Source: an uncultured Anaerolineales bacterium (GTDB lineage: Bacteria > Chloroflexota > Anaerolineae > Epilineales > Epilineaceae). From it: DNA of 64,000 nucleotides. The stretch spans positions 78,484 through 142,483 of the forward strand of contig CAZYVI010000002.1 of NCBI GenBank assembly GCA_964651245.1. The letters are read 5' to 3'. Numbering within the stretch: position 1 is the first letter of the stretch; every line of letters starts with the position of its first letter. The position numbers and the translations under genes were made by a program. This document shows positions 1 through 8,929 of this stretch, in pieces. The notes beneath the pieces were generated by a model that saw only the letters and a list, made by a program, of their open reading frames with translations, searched no databases and was not told where the DNA came from.

Positions 1-125
1 GCGTCGGCCGGCGCGCGGCCGGCGGCGAGCTGGGCGAGGGCGGCGAGGGCGAGGGCGGCGGCAGCGAAGACGAGCGCCAGGGGCGTGCGGGAGAGAAAGG
101 AGCGGGCGAGCGGGGCGCGGATCAT
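1..125 (-). CDS. 5' part (N-terminal signal peptide) of a secreted or membrane protein; gene continues beyond the window start
   Basis: Reverse-strand ATG at 123-125 followed by MIRAPLARSFLSRTPLALVFAAAALALAALAQLAAGRAPAD (n-region, hydrophobic core, AxA-like site). Only the N-terminus lies in the window. Confidence 0.35.
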   Translation of the reverse strand, partial: MIRAPLARSFLSRTPLALVFAAAALALAALAQLAAGRAPAD

Positions 126-259
126 CGGTCGGTGGCCTCGTGGGGAGTGGCGGGCCGGTGGCGGGTTGCCGGGCGGCAGCGGTGGGCGTAGGCTAGCGGA
201 GGCGCGGTGGCGGCGCCAGCAGGGCCGGCGGCGAAGGCCACCCAGGAGTCGGACGCACG

Positions 260-1348
260 TTGGATCCCCAGACCCCCCGCCCCTGGCCGACCGCCGACGT
301 CGACGCCCTGGTGCGCGCCGCGATGGACCGGGCGACGATCCCGGGCGTGGCGGTCGCGGCCGTCCGGCGTGGCGAGGTCGTCCACGAGGCCGCCTACGGC
401 CGCGCCAGCCTCGAGCTCGACGTGCCGGCGACGCCGGCGACGGTGTTCCCGATCGCATCCGTCACCAAGCTGTTCACGGCGACGGTGGCGATGCGCGAGG
501 TCGAGGCCGGCCGCCTCGACCTCGACGGGCCGATCGGTGGCTACCTCGACGATCTGCCGGCGGCATGGCGGGCCGTGACGCCGCGCCAGATGTTGGCGCA
601 CATGTCGGGGCTGCCGGACGTGATCGTCGACCCGATGGCGGGCACCTGGCTGGCCGAGCGCTACGACGACGCCATCGCCGCGGCGGCCCGGCAGCCGTGC
701 CCCTTCGAACCCGCGGCCGCCTGGAGCTACAACCAGACGAACTTCGTGCTGCTGGCGGCGATCGTCGAGCGTCTGGCCGGCCGGCCGCTGGCGGCGCTCG
801 TCGACGCGGCGATCGTGGCCCCGCTCGCCCTGACGGCCACCACATACGGCGACGCGCGCGACGTCGTGCCGGGCCGCGGACCGTGGTACTCGCGGATCGA
901 CTTCAGCGGCCCCCAGCCGCGCCTGGCCGAACGGCTCCACGCGATCTGGGTGCCCTACCCGCCGCTGGCGCACCCGTGCGCCGGGCTGAACACGACGGCC
1001 ATCGAGCTGGCGCGCTTCGTCGACGCCGTGGCGTCCGGCCGCCTCGTCCGGCCGGCGACGCGGGACGCGATGTGGACGCCCCAACAGCTGCGCGACGGCA
1101 CGCCGGCCGGCCCCGACCCGAGCTCGCCGATGGGCCTCGGCTGGATCGTCGAGTCCCTCGACGGCTGCGCCCTCGTCGGCGGCAGCGGCGGCGCCAGCGT
1201 CGCCGTCCGCCACAGCGTCCCGGACGGCGTGACGGTGGCGGTGCTCACGAACTGCCAGGGCTGCGACCCGGACGGGCTGGCGACGTCGATCGTGGCGGCG
1301 GGGGTGGGGGCTGGGGTGGGCGTGGGGGAAGGGGGCAGCGCGGGGTAG
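260..1348 (+). CDS. beta-lactamase-family serine hydrolase (class C / penicillin-binding-protein-like esterase)
   Basis: 362-aa ORF with an SxxK nucleophile motif (ASVTK) after a hydrophobic stretch. The overall layout is typical of AmpC/esterase-family proteins. Confidence 0.7.
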   Translation: MDPQTPRPWPTADVDALVRAAMDRATIPGVAVAAVRRGEVVHEAAYGRASLELDVPATPATVFPIASVTKLFTATVAMREVEAGRLDLDGPIGGYLDDLPAAWRAVTPRQMLAHMSGLPDVIVDPMAGTWLAERYDDAIAAAARQPCPFEPAAAWSYNQTNFVLLAAIVERLAGRPLAALVDAAIVAPLALTATTYGDARDVVPGRGPWYSRIDFSGPQPRLAERLHAIWVPYPPLAHPCAGLNTTAIELARFVDAVASGRLVRPATRDAMWTPQQLRDGTPAGPDPSSPMGLGWIVESLDGCALVGGSGGASVAVRHSVPDGVTVAVLTNCQGCDPDGLATSIVAAGVGAGVGVGEGGSAG

Positions 1349-1356
1349 GCCAGCGA

Positions 1357-1438
1357 TGGGGCGGGTGGGAGTCGAACCCACATGGGTTTCCCCAGCGGAG
1401 TTTAAGTCCGCCGCGTCTGCCAGTTCCGCCACCGCCCC
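1357..1438 (-). tRNA. tRNA-Leu (anticodon UAA), type II with a long variable arm
   Basis: The reverse complement folds into a cloverleaf. The acceptor stem is GGGGCGG/CCGCCCC with discriminator A, the anticodon loop is CTTAAAC (anticodon TAA), the variable arm is a GGGG/CCC stem, and the T-arm is GTGGG-TTCGACT-CCCAC. No CCA is encoded. Confidence 0.85.
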
Positions 1439-1632
1439 TCGCATCGCGCGCCTCTCGCCGCGCCCGCCGGGGAGGGTTCGGGCGACGGCCCGACGTCCGC
1501 GCGTCGACGTCTCTCATCACCACCACCGGCGGCGCCGATGATAGCCACCCGCCGTGCGCGCGGCGAACGTCACCGGGTCTGCCGGATGCGGGCCAGAACG
1601 CCCTTGTCGCGCGGCTATACTCAGCCCGGCCC

Positions 1633-3354
1633 ATGCTGACCTCGACCCCCCAGCCGCAACCCGCGCCGCCGGCGCCGATCGTCGACGCCGCGCCGGCGCC
1701 GGCCGTCGCGCCGTCGGCCGGCCGAGCCCGCGACGCCGAAGAGGCGCCCGCGTCCGCGCCGCCCGCCGACGCCGCCGCCCTGCGCCGCGCCCTCGCCGTC
1801 GTCCGCCGGCTGCGCTGGGCGCTGCCGCTGGCGATCCTGGCGTTCGTCGTCGCGCACCAGGTGGTCGAGGAGCTGCTGCTCGGCGGCGGGCTCGGGCCGT
1901 GGAGCGGCGGGCGGGCGGCGCCGGTCGCCGGCGGGCTGCCGCGCCTGCTGTCGGGCCTCGTCGTCTACGGCCTGGCCGGGCCGCTCGTCACATTCTGGAC
2001 GCTGGACTGGATCGCCCGCGTCCTGGCCCGGCAGGCGGCCACCGAGGCGCGGCTGCGCGACGGCGAGCGCCACCTGGCGTCGATCACGGCCGGCTCGGCC
2101 GACGCCATCTTCAGCGTCGATCCCGGTGGCATCGTCCGCAGCTGGAACCGCGGCGCCGAGGAGATGCTGGGCTTCACGGCGGCCGAGATCGTCGGCCAGC
2201 CTGTGGTGCGCGTCGTTCCGGAGCGGCTGCAGCCCGGCGGCGGCCTCGGGCGGGTGCGCGACCGGCTGGCGGCGGCCGGCTTCGTGCGCGGCGTCCAGGC
2301 CCGGTGCCGGCGCAAGGACGGGCGCATCGTGCCGGTCGACATGACCCAGACCCGGCTGTGGGACGACGGCGGCCGGCCCGCCGGTGTCTCGATCGTCCTG
2401 CGCGACATGACGACCCGCATCGCCGCCGAGCGGGCCATCCTCGAGCTCAACCGCGCCCTCGAGGCGCGCGTCGCCGAGCGCACCGAGCAGCTCGCGGCGG
2501 CCACGGCCGAGCTGACGGCCAAGAACGGCGCCCTGGCCGAGGCCAACGCCGAGCTGTCGCGGCTCGACCAGCTCAAGGACGACTTCGTCGCCCTCGTCAG
2601 CCACGAGCTGCGCGCCCCGCTGACGAACATCAACGCCTCGGTCGAGCTGCTCGAGGCCGGCGCCGTCGACGACCGCCAGCGCGGCAAGCTGGCGATCATC
2701 GGCCTCGAGGCGGCACGCCTCACCCGGCTGGTCAGGGGCGTCCTCGACCTCAGCCGCATCCAGGCCGGCCGGTTCGCTCTCGACCCGGCCCCGACCGAGG
2801 CCGCCGACCTCGTCGCCGCCGCGGCGCGCCGCCTCGGCGACGGCGACCGCGCCCGCCTCGCCGTCGCGATCGCCCCCGGCACCCCGCCCGTCTGGGCCGA
2901 CCGCGACCGCGCCGCCGAGGCGCTGGGCAACCTGCTCGAGAACGCGGTCAAGTACTCGCCGCCCGGCAGCCCGATCGCCGTCGCCGTCGGGCCTGCGGTC
3001 GCCGCGCCCGCGCCGCCCATCGACGTCGATGGGGATCCCGACGCCGCGGGCGACCCCGTCGCCGCATCCGGCATCGACGGCCGGTGTGACGCGCGCGCCA
3101 TGCCCGACTCCGTCGCCTTCGCCGTCACCGACCGCGGCGGCGGCATACCGGCCGCCGAGCAGGCCCGCATCTTCGACCGCTTCCACCGCCTCGAGCGCGA
3201 CGACGCCCGCGAGACCTACGGCCACGGGCTCGGGCTCCACATCGCCCGCGCCATCGCCGAGGCCCACGGCGGGCGGATCGACGTCGCCAGCCGGCCGGGC
3301 GAGGGGTCGACGTTCGCGCTGCGGCTGCCGGCGGCGCCCGAGGCCGCGCCATGA
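1633..3354 (+). CDS. sensor histidine kinase with two TM segments, a PAS domain, HisKA and HATPase_c
   Basis: ATG at 1633 inside the long frame 85..3354. Hydrophobic segments are followed by a PAS-like region (SITAGSADAIFSVD), an H-box (SHELRAPLTNI) and N/G1/G2 boxes (NLLENAVKYS, DRGGGIP, GHGLGL). Stop overlaps the response-regulator start (ATGA at 3351-3354). Confidence 0.8.
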   Translation: MLTSTPQPQPAPPAPIVDAAPAPAVAPSAGRARDAEEAPASAPPADAAALRRALAVVRRLRWALPLAILAFVVAHQVVEELLLGGGLGPWSGGRAAPVAGGLPRLLSGLVVYGLAGPLVTFWTLDWIARVLARQAATEARLRDGERHLASITAGSADAIFSVDPGGIVRSWNRGAEEMLGFTAAEIVGQPVVRVVPERLQPGGGLGRVRDRLAAAGFVRGVQARCRRKDGRIVPVDMTQTRLWDDGGRPAGVSIVLRDMTTRIAAERAILELNRALEARVAERTEQLAAATAELTAKNGALAEANAELSRLDQLKDDFVALVSHELRAPLTNINASVELLEAGAVDDRQRGKLAIIGLEAARLTRLVRGVLDLSRIQAGRFALDPAPTEAADLVAAAARRLGDGDRARLAVAIAPGTPPVWADRDRAAEALGNLLENAVKYSPPGSPIAVAVGPAVAAPAPPIDVDGDPDAAGDPVAASGIDGRCDARAMPDSVAFAVTDRGGGIPAAEQARIFDRFHRLERDDARETYGHGLGLHIARAIAEAHGGRIDVASRPGEGSTFALRLPAAPEAAP

Positions 3355-4067
3355 CGCGCCCGCCGGCGCGCCCGCCGACGGTGCTCATGATCGACGACGA
3401 CGCCCACCTGGTGCGGCTGCTGTCGGAGTCGCTCGAGGGCGCCGGCTACCAGGTCCTGACGGCCGCCAACGGCCTCGAGGGCCTGCGCCAGCTCTACGAC
3501 GGGCGGCCCGACATCGTCATCCTCGACGTCATGATGCCCCGCATGGACGGCTGGGACACGCTGCGCCGCATCCGCGAGATGTCCGATGTCCCGGTCATCG
3601 TCCTCTCGGCCCGCGACGCCGAGCCCGAGCGGCTGCGCGGCTTCGAGCTCGGCGCCGACGACTACGTCACCAAGCCGTTCAGCCTGGCCGAGATGAACGC
3701 CCGGCTGCGCGCCGTCCTCGGCCGCAGCGACCGCGCCCGCGGCCGCGCCGGCCAGGCCGCGCCGCCGCTGGCCGTCGGCGACCTCGTCATCGACTTCGCC
3801 GGCCGGCACGTCCTGCGCCGCGGCCAGAACGTGCCGTTGACGCCCACCGAGTACCGGCTGCTGGCGACGCTGGCCGAGCACGCCGGCCGGACGCTGTCGA
3901 ACGACCAGCTGCTGACCGCCGTCTGGGGCCCGGAGTACGCCGACGAGCCGAGCTACGTCAAGCGCTACGTCTGGTACCTGCGGCAGAAGATCGAGGACGA
4001 TCCGGCCCGCCCCCGCTACGTCGAGACGGTGCGCGGCTTCGGCTACCGGCTGGCCAAGGAGGCCTGA
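3351..4067 (+). CDS. OmpR-family response regulator (receiver domain plus winged-helix output)
   Basis: Receiver motifs (LMIDDD, DIVILDVMMP, SARD, KPF) and a C-terminal winged helix (LTPTEYRLLATL, VWG, VRGFGYRL). There is a 4-nt ATGA overlap with the upstream kinase. Confidence 0.9.
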   Translation: MTRPPARPPTVLMIDDDAHLVRLLSESLEGAGYQVLTAANGLEGLRQLYDGRPDIVILDVMMPRMDGWDTLRRIREMSDVPVIVLSARDAEPERLRGFELGADDYVTKPFSLAEMNARLRAVLGRSDRARGRAGQAAPPLAVGDLVIDFAGRHVLRRGQNVPLTPTEYRLLATLAEHAGRTLSNDQLLTAVWGPEYADEPSYVKRYVWYLRQKIEDDPARPRYVETVRGFGYRLAKEA

Positions 4068-4135
4068 CGGGCCGCCCGCCGCTTCGGCTATCCTTGCCCG
4101 GCCGCGCCCGCACCCCGCCCCGGAGGCCCCGCGCC

Positions 4136-7100
4136 ATGGCGATCCGACCCGCCCGCCGCCTGTCGCCCCCGTCGCGCGCCGCGATCGCCGTCGCCGCCGT
4201 CGCGCTGGCCACCGTCCGCCCGGCCGCCGCGCCCGCCGCCGCCCAGCCGGCCGCCGGCGGCTTCCGGCTGGCGGCCACCTGGCGCAGCGCCGCGGTGCCG
4301 CTGCCGGCCGGCGTCTGGCGCCGGGCGCAGGGGCTCGACATCGGCGCCGACGGCCGCGTCTACGTCGTCGACGCCGCCGAGCGGCGGATCACCGTCGTCG
4401 ACGAGACCGACACGCCGCGGCTCGGCGCCGACGCGGCCACGGCGGGCCTCGTGGCGCCGACCCACCTGGCCGTCGACAGCGCCGGCGGCCGGATCTATGT
4501 GAGCGACGCCGGCGCGGGCGGCGTCGTCGTCCTCGACCTCGCCGGGGCGCGGCAGGCGCTGTGGCCGGTGCCGGCGCCGGCCGGCGTGGCGGTGCTGCCC
4601 GACGGCAGCGGCATCGTCGTCGGCTCGAGCGACGACGGCACGGTGCGCGTGTTGGCCGGCGACGGCAGTGCCCGCGCCGCCTGGCCCAGCCAGCAGACGA
4701 ACGAGCGCGGTGACCTGGTGCGCGGCCTCGACGTCGACGGCGGGTCGCGGGTCCACGTCCTCGACGGCCGCGGCGTGGTGCGGACGTTCAGCCTCGCCGG
4801 CACGCGGCTCGACAGCACCGACCTCGATCTGCCGGCCGGCGTCACGGCCACCGACATCGTCTTCGTCGGCCACGGCGGGCCGACGAGCGGGCAGCGCTTC
4901 CTGGCGGCGAGCTCGATCGGCGTCGTCGTGAAGGCGGTCGTCACCGGCGCCTGGTCGCTCATCCCGCGCGGCGAGCTGTTCGCGGTGGCCGCCCACCCGC
5001 TGCGCGGCATCGTCGCCAGCCAGCCGAGCCGGGCGGGCGAGGGTTCGTTCCTGTTCCGGTGGCCGGCCGGCACCGACCGGCCGGCGTCGCCCGAGCGCAG
5101 CTGGGGCGATCTGGCGGCCCGGCCGGGCACGTTCGAGCAGCCCAGCGCCATCGTCCTGGCTGCCGACGGCGGGCTGCGTGTGCTCGACCGCCAGTGGCGG
5201 GTCCAGCGCTTCCGCCCCGACGGCACCGTGGTCGACCAGCACGCCCGGCCGTGGCTCCAGCACGCCCCGTCGGCCGTGACCGCCGGCGCCGACGGCACGC
5301 TCTACGTCACCGACGGCGGCACGCTGGCCGCCTACGACCCCGCCGCCGGCCTGCGCTGGCAGACGCCCATCGGCGGCGGCGCCGGGCAGGCGGTGGCGCT
5401 GGCGATCGGACCCCCGCCCGAGCGGGCCGTCGTCGCCCTCGACACCCTGGGCGAGCGGCTCGAGCGCTTCGACCCCGCCACCGGCCGGCCCATCGACGCC
5501 CTCGGCCTGCCCGCGTCCCCCGACGACAGCGCCCTGTGGGGCGACCTCGACGTCGACGCCGCCGGCGCCGCCTACGCCCTCGACCGCGTGAACGGCGTCG
5601 TGGCCGTCGTCCCGCTGGGCGCCGGCGCCGCCGGGCCGCGGACGATCGCGCTGCCGCCGCGCGTCCGCCGCCTGGCCGTCGCGGCCGACGGCCAGGCGCT
5701 CTACGGCCTCGACCGCGACGGCTGGGTCCACCGCTTCGACGCCGCCGGCGCGCCGGCCGGCGCGTTCGACGCCGCGCGCTTCGACCTGGCGACGGCGTCG
5801 CGGCCGGCCGACCTCGCCGTGGACGCCGCCGGCCGCGTCCTCGTCGTCGACGGGGCGGCCGACGTCGTCTCGGTCTGGCAGCCCGATGCAGCGATCCCGC
5901 CGCAGACGCCGCCGGCGGGCGGGGCCGGCTGCCGGGCGACGGCCGACAAGACGGCGCAGCCCGACCGGCTGGCGCTGGGGCAGACCGTCGACGTCCGGCT
6001 GACGCTGCGCGGCGGCTGCGGCGCGCGCAGCGCCGCGGCGCCGATCGACATCCTGCTGGTGCTCGACCGCTCGGGCTCGATGGCCGGCGAGCCGCTGCGC
6101 CTGCTGCGCGACGCCGCGGCGTCGTTCATCGCCGACATCGACTTCACGACCGGCCGCGTCGGCGTCGTCAGCTTCAACGAGTCGGCCGTGCTCGACGCGC
6201 CGCTCTCGGCGCTGCCAGGGCCGCCGCGCGACGCCGTCCGCAACCTCCAGGCCGCCGGCAACACGCTGATCCACACCGGGCTGGCGCGGGCGCGGCAGGA
6301 GCTGCAGCAGCGCGGCCGTCCCGGCGCCCGCACCGTCGTCGTCCTCTTTTCCGACGGCATCGAGGACCGCGATGACGCCACCCGGACCCGCCAGGAGGCC
6401 GACGGCCTCAAGCGCACCTTCGGCGTCGAGCTGTTCACGGTGGCCACCGGCGCCGGCAGCGCCTTGCTGCGCGCCGTGGCCAGCGACGACGCCCACGCCT
6501 TCGTGGCCGACAGCGCCCGCTTCCTCTACACGATCTTCGAGGCGATCGCCGGCCGGGTGACGACGGCGACGCTGTTCCGGACCGTCGCCGTCACCGACGA
6601 GCTGCCGCCCGACATGCGCTTCGTGCCCGGCTCGGCCGTGCCGCCGGCCGTCGTCCAGGCGGCGCCCGGCGGCGGCACGACGCTGGTGTGGACCGTGGCC
6701 GACGTCCCGATCACCGGCCTCGGCCTCGGCTACCGCGTCGAGCCGCTCGAGTGCGGCGAGGCGCCGACGAACGTCAGTGCGGCGGCCGCGTACACCGACG
6801 GCTACGGCCAGCCCGGCCGCCTCGACTTCCCGGTGCCGCGCGTGGTGGTCGACTGCGGCCCGCCGACCGCCCCGGCCACCGCCACCGCGACGCCCGCCCC
6901 GACCGCCACCGCCACCGCGACGCCCGCCCCGACCGCCACCGCCACGCCGACCGCCGCGCCGAGCGCGACGGCCACGGCGACGCGCGTCCCGGCACCGATC
7001 TTCCTGCCGATCGGCCTGCGCGAGCGCTGCGTCCCCGGCGAGCGCCACGCCGACGTCGTGCTGGCGGTCGACGCCTCGTCGTCGATGGCCGGCGAAAAGC

Positions 7101-7600
7101 TGGCGGCGGCGCGCCAGGCGGCGCGGCTGTTCGTCAGCCTGCTCGAGCTGCCGCGCGACCAGGTGGCGCTGGTGGCGTTCGACGAGCAGGCGCGGCTGCT
7201 GGCGCCGCTGGGCAGCCCCGCCGATGCGCTCGGCCGCGCGATCGACGGCCTGGCGACCGGCAGCGGCACCCGGATCGACCGCGGGCTCGAGCTGGCGCGC
7301 GACGAGCTGTTCGGCCCGCGCCACACCGGCGGCAACAGCCGCGTCGTCGTCGTCCTGACCGACGGCCGGCAGCCCGACGAGTCGCGGACGATCGAGTTGG
7401 CCGAGGCGCTGCGCGCGGCCGGCGTCGTCGTCTACGCCGTCGGCCTGGGCGGCGACGTCGACCGGCCGTTCCTCGAGCGCATCACCGGCGATCCCGACCG
7501 CGCCCGCGTCGCGCCCTCGCCCGACGACCTGGCGGCGGTCTACCGCCAGGTGGCCGGCGAGGTGCCGTGCCCGCCCTCGGCCTTCTGGGGCGGCCGGTGA
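4136..7600 (+). CDS. large secreted protein: signal peptide, NHL-type beta-propeller repeats, vWA domain, DUF11-like repeat domain, Thr/Ala/Pro linker, second vWA domain
   Basis: ATG at 4136 with GGAGG 11 nt upstream and signal peptide MAIRPARRLSPPSRAAIAVAAVALATVRPAAAPAAAQP. NHL-like blades (YVVDAAERRITVVD, IYVSDAGAGGVVVLD). Two MIDAS DxSxS motifs (LDRSGSMAG, VDASSSMAG). A (TATATPAP)n linker. The long frame 3029..7600 is read-through upstream of the true start. Confidence 0.75.
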   Translation: MAIRPARRLSPPSRAAIAVAAVALATVRPAAAPAAAQPAAGGFRLAATWRSAAVPLPAGVWRRAQGLDIGADGRVYVVDAAERRITVVDETDTPRLGADAATAGLVAPTHLAVDSAGGRIYVSDAGAGGVVVLDLAGARQALWPVPAPAGVAVLPDGSGIVVGSSDDGTVRVLAGDGSARAAWPSQQTNERGDLVRGLDVDGGSRVHVLDGRGVVRTFSLAGTRLDSTDLDLPAGVTATDIVFVGHGGPTSGQRFLAASSIGVVVKAVVTGAWSLIPRGELFAVAAHPLRGIVASQPSRAGEGSFLFRWPAGTDRPASPERSWGDLAARPGTFEQPSAIVLAADGGLRVLDRQWRVQRFRPDGTVVDQHARPWLQHAPSAVTAGADGTLYVTDGGTLAAYDPAAGLRWQTPIGGGAGQAVALAIGPPPERAVVALDTLGERLERFDPATGRPIDALGLPASPDDSALWGDLDVDAAGAAYALDRVNGVVAVVPLGAGAAGPRTIALPPRVRRLAVAADGQALYGLDRDGWVHRFDAAGAPAGAFDAARFDLATASRPADLAVDAAGRVLVVDGAADVVSVWQPDAAIPPQTPPAGGAGCRATADKTAQPDRLALGQTVDVRLTLRGGCGARSAAAPIDILLVLDRSGSMAGEPLRLLRDAAASFIADIDFTTGRVGVVSFNESAVLDAPLSALPGPPRDAVRNLQAAGNTLIHTGLARARQELQQRGRPGARTVVVLFSDGIEDRDDATRTRQEADGLKRTFGVELFTVATGAGSALLRAVASDDAHAFVADSARFLYTIFEAIAGRVTTATLFRTVAVTDELPPDMRFVPGSAVPPAVVQAAPGGGTTLVWTVADVPITGLGLGYRVEPLECGEAPTNVSAAAAYTDGYGQPGRLDFPVPRVVVDCGPPTAPATATATPAPTATATATPAPTATATPTAAPSATATATRVPAPIFLPIGLRERCVPGERHADVVLAVDASSSMAGEKLAAARQAARLFVSLLELPRDQVALVAFDEQARLLAPLGSPADALGRAIDGLATGSGTRIDRGLELARDELFGPRHTGGNSRVVVVLTDGRQPDESRTIELAEALRAAGVVVYAVGLGGDVDRPFLERITGDPDRARVAPSPDDLAAVYRQVAGEVPCPPSAFWGGR
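6871..6960 (+). repeat. in-frame tandem 30-nt coding repeat (about 2.6 copies) encoding a (TATATPAP)n linker
   Basis: Unit caccgccaccgcgacgcccgccccgaccgc is repeated head to tail inside the vWA protein gene. Confidence 0.6.
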
Positions 7601-8688
7601 CCGGGGGTGACGCGGTGCACGGCGGCGACGTCGGGCACCACGGAGGTGCGGCGCACGATGCCGACGTCGTGCGCGACGCCTGCGCCGTGCGCCCCGGCGA
7701 CATCGTGCGCGCCGGCGGCTGGGCGTTCGATGTCCTGGCCGGCGCGGGCGCGACGGGCGGCGGGAGTCGCGCGGCCGACCCGCCCGCGCGCCCGTGGTGG
7801 CACCTGGCCCATGCGAACGGCTACCCGCCGCTGGCCTACCGCGGCCTGGCGGCGGCGCTGGCGGCCCGAGCGCCGGGCGGCCCGGTCGTCGGCCTGCGGA
7901 CGCGGCCGATGACGGCGGGCGCGGCGGCCGCCGCGTCGCTGGCGAGCTGGCACCCGCTGGCCGACGACCTCGTGGCCGCGCTCGACGCCCTCGACGCCGC
8001 GGCCGCGACCGGCCCGGTCGTCGGCGTCGGCCACTCGCTGGGGGCTGTCGTGACGCTCTACGCCGCCGTGGCGCGGCCCGACCGCTTCGCGGCCGTCGTC
8101 CTCATCGACCCGGTCTTCCTGGCGCCCGAGGCGCTCTCCGCCGTGGCCGGCGAGGGCGACGACGGCCCGAGCCCGCGCGCGGCGCTCGTGCGCGGCGCCG
8201 TCGGCCGGCGCGAGGCCTGGGCCGACCTCGACGACGTATTCGCCCACTTCCGCCCCAAGCCGGTCTTCGCCCGCTTCGACGACGCCGCGCTGCGCGACTA
8301 CGCCGCCGCCGCGACGCGGCCGATCGGCCCCGGCGAGGCCGTGGCCGGACCCGACGGCGCGCCGGTGGCCGGACCCGATGTCGCCCCGGTCGCCGGCCCG
8401 CCCGGCGCGCCCGCCGCCGGCCGGACGCTGACGATCCCGCGCGCCTGGGAAGCCCAGATCTACCGCACCCCGCCGGCCGACGTCTGGGCCGTCCTGCCGC
8501 ACCTGGCGGTGCCGACGCTGGCGCTGCGCGGCGCCGAGACCGACACGCTGTCGCCGGCCGCCTGGGCCCGCTGGCAGGCGCTCCAGCCCTCCGCCACGTT
8601 CGTCGAGCTGCCAGGTGTCGGCCACCTGCTGCCGTTCGAGGCGCCGGCGCCCGTGGCGGCGGCGATCGCGCGGTGGGTGGACGGTTGA
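7597..8688 (+). CDS. alpha/beta-fold hydrolase (start codon uncertain)
   Basis: GHSLG nucleophile elbow (VGVGHSLGAVV), HLAHANG pocket motif near the N-terminus, and C-terminal His (GVGHLLPFE). There is no in-frame ATG near the N-terminus, so the start is a GTG somewhere between about 7597 and 7700. Confidence 0.55.
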   Translation: MTGGDAVHGGDVGHHGGAAHDADVVRDACAVRPGDIVRAGGWAFDVLAGAGATGGGSRAADPPARPWWHLAHANGYPPLAYRGLAAALAARAPGGPVVGLRTRPMTAGAAAAASLASWHPLADDLVAALDALDAAAATGPVVGVGHSLGAVVTLYAAVARPDRFAAVVLIDPVFLAPEALSAVAGEGDDGPSPRAALVRGAVGRREAWADLDDVFAHFRPKPVFARFDDAALRDYAAAATRPIGPGEAVAGPDGAPVAGPDVAPVAGPPGAPAAGRTLTIPRAWEAQIYRTPPADVWAVLPHLAVPTLALRGAETDTLSPAAWARWQALQPSATFVELPGVGHLLPFEAPAPVAAAIARWVDG

Positions 8689-8761
8689 CCGCATAGAACA
8701 GGTGATCTACGATCGCACCATCGCGGGGCGGCCCCAACGTCCACCGTGGTGGCCGCTGTAG

Positions 8762-8783
8762 GGGCACCCCCCCGTGGGTGCCC
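8762..8783. repeat. REP-like GC palindrome, copy 1 (GGGCACCC-N6-GGGTGCCC)
   Basis: Perfect 8-bp inverted repeat, intergenic. Nearly identical copies occur at 8889-8911 and 54569-54590. Confidence 0.6.
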
Positions 8784-8888
8784 TCCACCCAACGCGCGAA
8801 ACGCCCTGGTTCCCCAGCGTCAGACATGGGGCCTACGACCGTCGCCCGTCGTCGGACGCAGGCCCCGCGCTGGTCGCACAACGCGCGA

Positions 8889-8911
8889 GGGCACCCACCG
8901 GGGGGGTGCCC
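8889..8911. repeat. REP-like GC palindrome, copy 2 (GAGGGCACCCACCGGGGGGGTGCCCC)
   Basis: Same 8-bp arms as copy 1, 130 bp away and 20 bp upstream of the next start codon. Almost identical in sequence to copy 3. Confidence 0.6.
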
Positions 8912-8929
8912 CAACGAGAGGAACGTCCC

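Noticed and set aside
122-1444. 440-aa reverse-strand ORF antisense to the beta-lactamase-family gene
   Set aside because: Its Arg/Gly/Ala/Pro composition is typical of antisense frames in high-GC DNA. It overlaps a forward gene with a clear SxxK motif and runs through the tRNA.
85-3354. 1089-aa ORF spanning the beta-lactamase gene, the tRNA and the kinase region
   Set aside because: It is read-through of a GC-rich frame; the upstream part is Arg/Gly/Pro-rich with no motifs. The real kinase begins at the ATG at 1633. Similar giant ORFs were treated the same way (3029..7600, 19971..25112, 27012..30041, 32719..37209, 43154..47860, 17099..19906), trimming each to its motif-supported start.
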